In this document: piece after piece, positions 1 to 8,662 of the stretch
How the letters are laid out: each line of letters begins with the position of its first letter
Numbering within the stretch: the stretch's first letter is position 1
Assembly (NCBI GenBank): GCA_977030845.1
Contig: OZ365113.1
Coordinates: 36,952,001 to 37,016,000 of the forward strand
DNA length: 64,000 nucleotides
Direction of reading: 5' to 3'
Source of the DNA: Fimbriosthenelais zetlandica
Taxonomy: Eukaryota
Program-made: the position numbers and the translations under genes
Notes under the pieces: generated by a model
What the model was told of the DNA's origin: nothing
The model's database searches: none
What the model saw: only the letters and a program-made list of their open reading frames with translations

Positions 1-354
1 TGGGCTTGAGTGAAAATAATATGTACTAAGTAGAGAAAAAGCCGATTGGAGTGGATTGGCAAACTGGCTCTGTAGCACACACTCCTGTAATCGTGAGTGA
101 TTTTTAACATTGAGCCTATGGGCGGGACACTTTTGCAGAATCCAATGGATTTAGACAGGTTAGAAGCATCGAATCGGGCTGGTTTTTTGGGAGGCTATTG
201 GGGTGGGTGCCGGGGGAAGACATTGGGGTTGGGGTGGAGGTTGGGGGCCGGGGAGGGGTCCGGGGGGCTAAATAAATTTTAACATTGGAGCCTATGGCAG
301 TACGACCTAGGCGGTTGAGGCTAAATATGAAGGGGTGTAGCATAGTGAACTGTG

Positions 355-433
355 AGCCGGGTGGTCTAGAGGTAAGACACTGGCCTGGAAAGCCAGCGAC
401 CGGGGTTCAATTCCCCGTCTAGTAACTTTTTTT
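355..433 (+). pseudogene. tRNA-derived module (tRNA pseudogene/SINE head), anticodon-loop triplet GGA, followed by T7 Pol III terminator-like run
   Basis: A-box TGGTCTAGAGG; D-stem GTCT/AGAC; anticodon stem CTGGC/GCCAG; T-arm CGGGG-TTCAATT-CCCCG. Acceptor stem pairs poorly, and there is no long variable arm, so it is not a canonical tRNA-Ser. Confidence 0.7.
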
Positions 434-709
434 CTGCTACAGTGTTCGCTACATACATGTATTTATACAGCAGTGCTGGTGCCGGGGTTGGAGATGTGGG
501 TCAACGCGGTCTCGTTAATTATTTTTCTGATCCAGAATCCGTGTTTCCGGTAGATGGCGTCAGTGTCGTTTGGTGCTGGACTCTAACACTAGATGGCCCA
601 GAGTCGCTTGTTATGATAGTGTGTTGACAAACGGGAAAAATCAAAGCCCTAGTCAACCCTGTGAAGCCGTATCCTATAAATGTGTAGCGATCAAGAAGAG
701 TGAAAAGTA

Positions 710-781
710 TATGCAAGACTGGGAATCGAACCCCGGTCTCTCACGTGCCAGGCCAGTGTCTTACCCCTAGATTACCTGTCT
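710..781 (-). pseudogene. tRNA-derived module, anticodon-loop triplet GGC, anticodon stem degraded
   Basis: Minus strand reads TAATCTAGGGGTAAGACACTGGCCTGGCACGTGAGAGACCGGGGTTCGATTCCCAG: B-box GGTTCGATTCC, same family as 355-433. Confidence 0.65.
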
Positions 782-2154
782 CACAGATATCAAACTCCCT
801 TCGAATAGTCCACTGTGTCGGTACTGCCCATAGGTTCCAATGTTAAAAATTATTTAGCCCCCCGGACCCCTTCGCGGCCCCCAATCTCCACCTCCACCCC
901 CACATCTACCCCTGACACCCACCACAACTCCCTCCCAAAAATCCAGCCCGATTCGATGCTTCTAACCTGTCTTAATCCATTGGATTCTGCAAAAGTGTCC
1001 CGCCCATAGGCGCAATGTTAAAAATCACTCACGATTACATGGATGTGTGCTACAGAGCCGGTTTCCCAGTCCACTCCAATCGGCCTTTTCCCTATCTGAT
1101 ACGTATTATTTCCACTCAAACCCACGATTATGTATAGCTTATGACCTCTACTGTTAATTCGCAAAAGAGCAGAGATGGAAAATGAGGATAACCCCGACTT
1201 CTGCGAAGTTGTCAAATCGGCCGAGCGCATACCGGCCTATAATTTGGCCTTTTAAAAACCTTAACAGCGCCCTCTCACTAAAAGTCGAAAATGTTGAATA
1301 ACTCTGTAAATAATGGGCCTAAAATTACAATCTAAACGGATTATTCTTAGTTGAGAGCATCTCCAGATATGTATGTGGTTTTTGTGCAAATAAAATAAAT
1401 TTAAAATTTCGGATTTTGAAAATTTGTCAATTTGAGGTCTTTAGCATTGGGCTCTATGGAAGAGCACAAGCCAGCGCGACAGTGGCGACCCGAGAGCGGC
1501 GAAACGGTGAACTAGCCTGCAGAGATCTAGCCAACGCTCTCTATACCTGAATTTGATTCTATGGAAGGAGCACGCCAGCGCCACCGTGATTTCTAGCGGC
1601 CAAAGGGTGAAGTAGCCTAGTGAGATCTAGCGGGACGGAGTATCTGTCCCGGTGAGGCTGCTCGCTGGGAGGGAAGGCTTGTCATACAAGCTACATACAA
1701 GCTAGCGGCGTCATACCTTCACCCACCACCTGAGGGCGCCACTGTGCCGACAATTTAGCTTTCACCATGGACTTGGCTTGGATTCGTTCTCACAGATCTG
1801 GACACCTTGAAAAATGCCTCATTTTTGAAAATCGAAATTTTTAGAAGCAGTTTCCACATGTATTACTAATACCACCCATTAGAGAATGTCCCAACTAAGA
1901 TTTTCCATTTTGAATTTCTTATAAAGACCCAGTGGTTGCCGAGATATTAAAGATTTTCGGAATCAGAGTCGTGACACGGATTGTGCAAGTCCTTGTCCGA
2001 CGAGAAATGACACCCTCCTCTATTTCATGTTTAGCTTGATTCCAGTCGTGAGAGCCGGAAGTATGCGAGCGCCAGGCTTGGGCACATGCGCAATGAAGCA
2101 CGAGACCTAGCTTCATTGTTTTTATTGAATCCCAGATTGAGAGACAGACCTGTG

Positions 2155-2234
2155 CACTATGTAGTCTAGAGGTAAGACACTGGCTTTGAACGCCAGAGGC
2201 CGGGGTTCGATTCCCAGTCTAATCTGACATTTTT
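2155..2234 (+). pseudogene. tRNA-derived module, anticodon-loop triplet TGA, T5 run
   Basis: TAGTCTAGAGGTAAGAC (D arm), CTGGC-TTTGAAC-GCCAG (anticodon arm), CGGGGTTCGATTCCCAG (T arm); poor acceptor stem. Confidence 0.7.
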
Positions 2235-2328
2235 CTGTTCCATAGGTCGCTACATAATTAGAAGGGAGAGAGTGTGGAGAAGGGACCAAATAAATAATTA
2301 TGTAGCGAACTATAGAGCCGAAAAATTG

Positions 2329-2400
2329 AAGTTCAGACAGGGAACCGAACCCCGGCCGCTGGCGTTGCAGGCCAGTGCCTTACCTCTAGACTACATAGTG
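2329..2400 (-). pseudogene. tRNA-derived module, anticodon-loop triplet GCA
   Basis: Minus strand TAGTCTAGAGGTAAGGCACTGGCCTGCAACGCCAGCGGCCGGGGTTCGGTTCCCTG; D, anticodon and T stems intact, acceptor stem poor. Confidence 0.7.
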
Positions 2401-3099
2401 TACAGGTCTGTACCTCAATCTGGGATTCAATAAAAACAATGAAGCTAGGTCTCGTGCTTCATTGCGCATGTGCCCAAGCCTGGCGCTCGCACACTTCCGG
2501 TTCTCACGACTGGAATCAAGCTAAACATGAAATAGAGGAGGGTGTCATTTCTCGTCGGACAAGGACTTGCACAATCCGTGTCACGACTCTGATTCCGAAA
2601 ATCTTTAATATCTCGGCAACCGCTGGGTCTTTATAAGAAATTCAAAATGGAAAATCTTAGTTAGGATAATGTCTAGCGGGTGGTATAGGAAATAAATGCT
2701 GAAATAGCTTCTAAATATTTCGATTCTCAAAATATAGCTAATTTCACAAGGTGTCCCGACTCCAGCCCCGTTTCCAATCCAAGGCTGCGATCTCAGCTGA
2801 AAACCCGGCACAGTGGCGCCCTCAGGTGGTGGGTGAACGAGGGCCTATATGACGATTGGCGCAGAGGCCTGGGGTCTTTATGCTATGCTGGCTGGCGCAT
2901 AGTATTTCACGTTTCCGCCGCTAGGATATCTATTGAACTCTATGGAAGGACCAATCCAGCGCAACTGTAGCGACCGACATATGATGTGGGAGAACGGTGA
3001 ACTATGCTACTATAGCATTGAACTCTATGGAAGGACCAAGCCAGCGCGACTGTAGCGCCCCCAGATATGATGTGGGAGAACGCTGAACTATGCTTCTTC

Positions 3100-3478
3100 A
3101 GCTAAGATCAGAGCCTTGGATTGGAAACTGGGCTGGAGTCGGGACACCTTGTGAAATTAGCAATATTTTGAAAATCGAAATTTTTAGAAGCCGTTTCAGC
3201 ATTTATTTCTTATACCACCCGCTAGACATTGTCCCAACTAAGATTTTCCATTTTGAATTTCTTATAAAAACCTAGTGGTTGCCGAGATATTAAAGATTTT
3301 CTAAATCAGAGTCGTGACACAGATTGTTCACGTCCTTGTCCGACGAGAAATGACACCCTCCTCTATTTCATGTTTAGCTTGATTCCAGTCGTGAGAGGCG
3401 GAAGTATGCGAGCGCCTGGCCTGGCAGCTGCGCAATGAAGCATGAGACCATAATAGCTTTACTGTTTTTATTGACACC
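3100..3478 (+). mobile_element. Solo third copy of the element-2 arm, lacking the tRNA module
   Basis: 3130-3475 aligns with ~1800-2128 (gacacc...gaaaatcgaaatttttagaag...gtcgtgagag...ttttattga) and diverges roughly 25 nt before the tRNA module would start. Confidence 0.75.
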
Positions 3479-4384
3479 CGAGCTTTTGGCTGTACATGAT
3501 TGAAAAAGGTGATATAGGTTAGGCTACAACCAAGGATTCATGTATTTTAAAGTCTTTATTATCCAGACATGGAGGAGATAATGGTCCATAAAGATTATTA
3601 GAATAGAAGGAGTAGGCTATATAGGAACATGTAGGAGGGGTAGGTACATGTCCTCCGCTGGTCAGTGTGTGGTGGTGGTCAGCTGTGGTCACTCAGTGAC
3701 TCAGTGCTAGCCTTCTCTACATTCTGTTCAGTCGGCGACACTGGAGGCTGGAATAAAACAATACTGGTTTATACATATTACAGACATTACTATATAGGTA
3801 TAGATCATAAGTGGTAACATTTTTTTACTTTTAAATATTGCTGGCTTTATCAGATTTAAACACCCCACATTGGAAGTGCTTCCGTGGTCGATCCAGATGG
3901 GACTTCCCCCACCTCTGGAAAATTTCCATTTTTTTTCATAATCTAAAAAACAAATAGCACTGATCGCAAGCAATCTCTTGTCCCTTGCGACCTAGTGGAT
4001 GAACCCTATAAGGACAATTTTGAACAAAATAATATATATTCTGGTAAGTGGCGGATTTAGGATTTGATGTGGGGCGAAGTGTAAGGGTAGTAGGGGTCAC
4101 CGCCATGGTTCCATGATTCCATGGTAACCGACATGGTTAAATTATTGGCAGGGGCCTCGGAAGGTAGTTGATGTGTGTGTGATTTGATGTTGGGAGAAGT
4201 GTAGGTGTAGGGGTAGTATAGGGGTCACTGTGCACGCCTACAACATAATGTATACCACACACCTTTTCCCCATCTTTATGAAATGCACTTTTTGTTTCTT
4301 CAGTTTGGATTCTTTAAATTATACATATATGATAATTTCAGATACCAGTACCTGTAACAAGCAATGACTGTATTAGACGTTTCT

Positions 4385-5665
4385 CTAAGTGTAAAGTGTC
4401 TTATTCCTGCAAGCGTTCCAGTAGGTTGTGAAGTATTTTGGTTGTACCTCATGTATTGCCTTCCAGTTTTTGTTGTAATGACATGTTCTAATGTCAGCGT
4501 TCTCTTTAGACATTGATGGGTGTGGCCTCAAGTTAAACCCGGCTAGATTCATTACAGTCGCCTTCTTTGTACCTTTATACATCTCCTTCATCACTAATGC
4601 GAAATAAACATCCTCTATAACAAATATAGGAACATTTGGCGACGTTTTTATTATTTGAAGTGTCAAATTGTGGGACGTTATAAAAGTTGTACCTGTACAA
4701 TAAGGAGGGAATGTTTTATTCGGGTATTCATTCCAGGTTATGTACCATTTGGACGTGACTGAGCGAGCTGGTCTTACCCCTATGTAACATTCTCCTATGA
4801 TAACCGACTGTAATTTCTCTCTGTGTCTGTTGACTAGTCCAATGATATTCGGTACATTGAGAAAATTATCATCAGCTGTTCTCACCACAAAGCGCGCCAT
4901 GTTGCAATGTTTCTTGAACCAATGATATCCACCAAGGACTTTGATGGAGAGATTGAAGTAAGAATCGATATAGTCATCCTGCTGTATGTCACCAAATTCT
5001 CTAGCTTCAGCGTCCAATATTTTCTGCTGGTCAGTGGGCCAGCCTGCCCCAAACAGAAAGATGTGCCTTGATATATTACCAGTTATTTGCTTGCTAAATG
5101 AAGTCCAAGTTTGACGAATGACCTTTCTCTCAGAAACAGCACGAGGCACTGTCGTTATCAGCAGTAGAATATCCACTTTTGAGAGTCCATCACACACTTT
5201 GGGGACAATTATTTTTTTATATTGGTATTTGAAACAATTGTTACATTCATTTTGCCTCACATGTCTTGGATACGTCCTTTGCCACAAATACTTATGACCT
5301 CTGAGAAAACGTATTGCAGAGGGCAAATAACCTTCGGAGTTTTGATCCCGTTTCCATGGCATAAATCCATCTTTAGGCAGATCTTGCTTTATATTTCCTC
5401 CATGTTCTGATCTGTTCCCTATGCTTCCTAATTTGGTGACAGTTTTTTTCATATGTACATAGTATCTTTTCATATTTTCCTTGATAACTCGGGTATATTG
5501 GTTTCCTCTTTTTTCCAGATTTTCAAAAATGGATAGGAATGGTCGAGGAGTATTATGTTTCGTTCTCATAGTGTGATCTTGTGATCTAAGTAGAATCACA
5601 AAAAAAGAAAAGAATAATATAAAGGCTAGGAGCAGACGGTAACTATATTTTCTGTCACATGCCAT
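4385..5665 (-). CDS. GT31-family beta-1,3-galactosyltransferase-like type II membrane protein, copy 1 (426 aa from MACDRKYS; in-frame upstream ATG at 5701 would add 12 aa)
   Basis: Single long ORF; N-terminal TM helix (LLLAFILFFSFFVILL); GT31 motifs R..IR.TW, HIFLFG, D..QDDY.DSY.NLS.K, (A)DD, P..KWY, FPPYCTG, EDVYF. Splice acceptor ttttattcctaccag| precedes the ORF (exon start 5732). Confidence 0.9.
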   Translation of the reverse strand: MACDRKYSYRLLLAFILFFSFFVILLRSQDHTMRTKHNTPRPFLSIFENLEKRGNQYTRVIKENMKRYYVHMKKTVTKLGSIGNRSEHGGNIKQDLPKDGFMPWKRDQNSEGYLPSAIRFLRGHKYLWQRTYPRHVRQNECNNCFKYQYKKIIVPKVCDGLSKVDILLLITTVPRAVSERKVIRQTWTSFSKQITGNISRHIFLFGAGWPTDQQKILDAEAREFGDIQQDDYIDSYFNLSIKVLGGYHWFKKHCNMARFVVRTADDNFLNVPNIIGLVNRHREKLQSVIIGECYIGVRPARSVTSKWYITWNEYPNKTFPPYCTGTTFITSHNLTLQIIKTSPNVPIFVIEDVYFALVMKEMYKGTKKATVMNLAGFNLRPHPSMSKENADIRTCHYNKNWKAIHEVQPKYFTTYWNACRNKTLYT

Positions 5666-6150
5666 ATTCCATTCATTTAATCCTGTGGTAGGCCTGATCA
5701 TATATATTATGTGTCCATCCTCACCGGATGATCTGGTAGGAATAAAATCCCCGTAGACACTCCACTACTTATAGCCGGGACCTGCGTCCCACTCTCCTAC
5801 CAATAGGCTTGGAGCAGACAGTTCCCTCAACAGAGTGTATTATGTATTTATTATACGCATTTGTTATGAGAACGGGTTATTTCATGTATGACATGCAGTG
5901 CCATTAAAACATATTATGTGATATGGCCTGGTTCCATGGTAACCGCCTCGCATGTCCGGAGCTTAATGTCAGTGGATGGCGTGAAAAATACTCCAGATTG
6001 CATGGAAATAAAATACAATATATCCCAAAATTAGTATTGGCAGGGGCCTCGGAAGGTAGTTGATGTGTGTGTGATTTGATGTGGGGGGAAGTGTAGGTGT
6101 AGGGGTAGTATATGGGTCACTGTGCACGCCTACAACAGACTGTAGGCCTA

Positions 6151-6710
6151 TACTATGGAAACGCAAATGTAACCATAACTCCCGAGATGCGAAATCGGGA
6201 AATTCGTCCAGGTTCCGGACTTCGGGAAGCCGAAGTCGGGTTTCCGAAACCCGATATCGGGTTTCGGCAACTAGCTGGGTAGACCCGAGACGCGAAACCG
6301 GGCCAGAAACCCGAAGTCGCCATTGAAATTGCACTGTAAACCCAAAAGCCGAAACCCGGTTTCGCATCTCGGGTCTTCACTGCTAGTTGCCGAAACCCGA
6401 TATCGGGTTTCGGCAACCTGACTTCGGCTTCCCGAAGTCCGGAACCGGGACGAATTTCCCGGTTTCGCATCTCGGATTTTGTCCACTTTTTAGGCCTCGC
6501 CTGAATCCGAGTATTTTCAAAAAATGTTCCGGGCTTGGGGAATCCGAAACCGGGTTTCGGGATGCCGAAACCGGACTTCGGCAAGACCCGAGATGCGAAA
6601 CCGATATCGGATTTCGGAAACCCGATTTCGGCTTGCCGAAGTCCGGATTCGGGAGTAAATTCCCGGTTTGACATCTCCAGAGTTATGGTTACATTTGCGT
6701 TTCCATAGTA
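6151..6710. mobile_element. 560-bp MITE with terminal inverted repeats and TA target duplication (Tc1/mariner-type signature), internally built from ccgaaacccg/cgggtttcgg sub-repeats
   Basis: TIR TACTATGGAAACGCAAATGTAACCATAACTC / GAGTTATGGTTACATTTGCGTTTCCATAGTA flanked by TA at 6149-50 and 6711-12. The paralogous flank at ~4240-4262 is an empty site. The short ORFs here are repeat artefacts. Confidence 0.85.
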
Positions 6711-6848
6711 TACCACACACTTTTCCCCCATCATTATGAAATGCACTTTTTGTTTCTTCAGTTTGGATTCTTTAAGTCATACATGTGATAATTTCAGATA
6801 CCAGTAGGGGCCTACCTGGAGCAAGCAATGACTGTATTAGAAGTTTCT

Positions 6849-8072
6849 CTAAGTGTAAAGTGTCTTATTCCTGCAAGCATTCCAGTAGGTTTTGAAGTAT
6901 TTTGGTTGTACCTCATGTATTGCCTTCCAGTTTTTGTTGTAATGACATGTTCTAATGTCAGCGTTCTCTTTAGACATTGATGGGTGTGGCCTCAAGTTAA
7001 ACCCAGCTAGATTCATTACAGTCGCCTTCTTTGTACCTTTATATATCGCCTTCATCACTATTCCAAAATAAACATCCTCTATAACAAATATAGGAACATT
7101 TGGCGACGTTTTTATTATTTGAAGTGTCAAATTGTGGGACGTTATAAAAGTTGTACCTGTACAATAAGGAGGGAATGTTTTATTCGGGTATTCATTCCAG
7201 GTTATGTACCATTTGTGTTTCGCTGAGCGGACTGGTTCTGCCCCAGTATAGTCACATTCCCCAAAGATAACCGACTGTAATTTCACTCTGTTTCTGTTGA
7301 CTAGTCCAATGATATTCGGTACATTGAGAAAATTATCATCAGCTGTTCTCACCACAAAGCGCGCCATGTTGCAATGTTTCTTGAACCAATGATATCCACC
7401 AAGGACTTTGATGGAGAGATTGAAGTAAGAATCGATATAGTCATCCTGCTGTATGTCACCAAATTCTCTAGCTTCAGCGTCCAATATTTTCTGCTGGTCA
7501 GTGGGCCAGCCCGCCCCAAACAAAAAGATGTGCCTCGATATATTACCAGTTATTTGCTTGCTAAATGAAGCCCAAGTTTGACGAATGACCTTTCTCTCAG
7601 AAACAGCACGAGGCACTGTAGTTATCAGCATTATAATATCCACTTTTGAGAGTCCATCACAAACTTTGGGGACAATTAAATTTTTATATTGGTATTTGAA
7701 ACAATTGTTACATTCATTTGGCCGCACATGTCTTGGATACGTCCTTTGCCACAAATACTTATGACCTTTGAGAAAACGTATTTCAGAGGGCATATAACCT
7801 TTAGAATTGTGATCCTGTTTCCGTGGCATAAATCCATCTGTAGGCAGATCTTGCTTTGTATCTCCTCCATGTTCTGATCTGTTTCCTATGCTTCCTAATT
7901 TGGTGGCAGTATTTGTCAGTTTTTCCAAGATGGATATGATTGGTCGAGGAGGATTAAAAATATGTTTCGTTCTCATAGTGTGATCTTGTGATGTAAGTAG
8001 AATCACAAAAAAAGAATAGAATAATAGAAAGGCTAGGAGCAGACGGTAACTATATATTCTTTCACATGCCAT
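6849..8072 (-). CDS. GT31-family beta-1,3-galactosyltransferase-like protein, copy 2 (407 aa)
   Basis: Tandem paralog of 4385-5665 with the same motifs, a stem region 22 aa shorter, and the same conserved acceptor (exon start 8140). The upstream ATG at 8107 is cut by a TAA. Confidence 0.9.
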   Translation of the reverse strand: MACERIYSYRLLLAFLLFYSFFVILLTSQDHTMRTKHIFNPPRPIISILEKLTNTATKLGSIGNRSEHGGDTKQDLPTDGFMPRKQDHNSKGYMPSEIRFLKGHKYLWQRTYPRHVRPNECNNCFKYQYKNLIVPKVCDGLSKVDIIMLITTVPRAVSERKVIRQTWASFSKQITGNISRHIFLFGAGWPTDQQKILDAEAREFGDIQQDDYIDSYFNLSIKVLGGYHWFKKHCNMARFVVRTADDNFLNVPNIIGLVNRNRVKLQSVIFGECDYTGAEPVRSAKHKWYITWNEYPNKTFPPYCTGTTFITSHNLTLQIIKTSPNVPIFVIEDVYFGIVMKAIYKGTKKATVMNLAGFNLRPHPSMSKENADIRTCHYNKNWKAIHEVQPKYFKTYWNACRNKTLYT

Positions 8073-8439
8073 ATTCCATTAATTTAATCCTGTGGTAGGC
8101 CTGATCATATTATATTATGTGTCGATCCTCACTGGATGATCTGGTAGGAATAAAATCCCCGTAGGTCACTCATGTCCCATTCTCCTCCCAATAGGCTTGG
8201 AGCAGACAGTTTCTTCAACTTTGGTCAAAGAGTGTATATATGTAGGCCTATCCTACAGTAAATGTGTGCGGGGAGGTCGGGGAATGATAGCCTATGTAGG
8301 CCTATTGCCAAGATGGCATATGAAACAGACGACATGTAAAAAAGAAGTTGCATGTATGGCATATTTCCCATCAAGCGTACAAGATCTTTATACCCCCCCC
8401 CCCCCCCCAGTATATGGTTTGGCCCCCGACCAAAATATC

Positions 8440-8662
8440 TAGCGTGGGATAATTATGCTTATATTCGCCTGAAAGATTGACATGCTTCACATCGCTTCTA
8501 AATGGCGCTGGACATCGGCCTTACAGGTTGGGCGGCAAATGAGCTGGCGTTGTAACGGTTTGATCAAGTTAACGCAGGTCTGTGTTTTACTGTTTTCAGC
8601 CGCTCTGGGCGCCAAGATTTGGACCCGCAAAGAAAGACGTGAAATCCACATTATCTTGTATT
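8440..8662. promoter_or_regulatory. Probable bidirectional promoter region between the head-to-head GT31 copy 2 and APEX2
   Basis: GC/CpG-enriched stretch between divergent genes whose starts are ~590 bp apart; inferred from position only. Confidence 0.4.

Larger units (their letters stand above)
1..1123. mobile_element. Long inverted-repeat (foldback) element 1: arms ~1-307 and ~817-1123 around a ~500-bp core holding two convergent tRNA-like modules; left arm probably continues beyond the window edge
   Basis: 817-1123 is the diverged reverse complement of 1-307 (e.g. gggcgggacacttttgcagaatccaatgga vs tccattggattctgcaaaagtgtcccgccc). Near-identical short ORFs on opposite strands (116..343 -, 815..1009 +) reflect this. 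Confidence 0.75.
1718..2837. mobile_element. Near-perfect ~1.1-kb palindromic (foldback) element 2 with a 34-nt spacer (2261-2294) and two inward-facing tRNA-like modules
   Basis: Perfect 32-bp terminal inverted repeat (1718-1749 / 2806-2837). Internal arms ~1800-2260 / 2295-2760 are reverse complements, and ORFs 1919..2116 - and 2439..2636 + differ by one residue. No target-site duplication was recognised. Confidence 0.8.
4140..8230. repeat. Tandem segmental duplication: unit A ~4140-5835, unit B ~6030-8225
   Basis: Shared flanks (attggcaggggcctcggaaggtagttgatgtgtgtgtgatttgatg at ~4144 and ~6037; ccaataggcttggagcagacagtt at ~5801 and ~8189) plus the two GT31 ORFs. Confidence 0.9.

Noticed and set aside
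355-2400. Functional tRNA-Ser/Ala/Cys genes
   Set aside because: Acceptor stems do not pair well, the Ser-type triplets lack a long variable arm, and all copies lie in repeats; called pseudogene/SINE-like instead.
1-3500. Autonomous transposase or reverse transcriptase
   Set aside because: No ORF over ~80 aa and no DDE, HUH or RT motifs; the elements are non-autonomous.
4120-5945. X-box-like GTTCCATGGTAAC / TTCCATGGTAAC in both GT31 3' flanks
   Set aside because: One base short of the RFX spacing and duplicated only as part of the segmental duplication.
5969-6746. Several 70-200 aa ORFs
   Set aside because: They fall within the internally repetitive MITE and give low-complexity translations with no domain.
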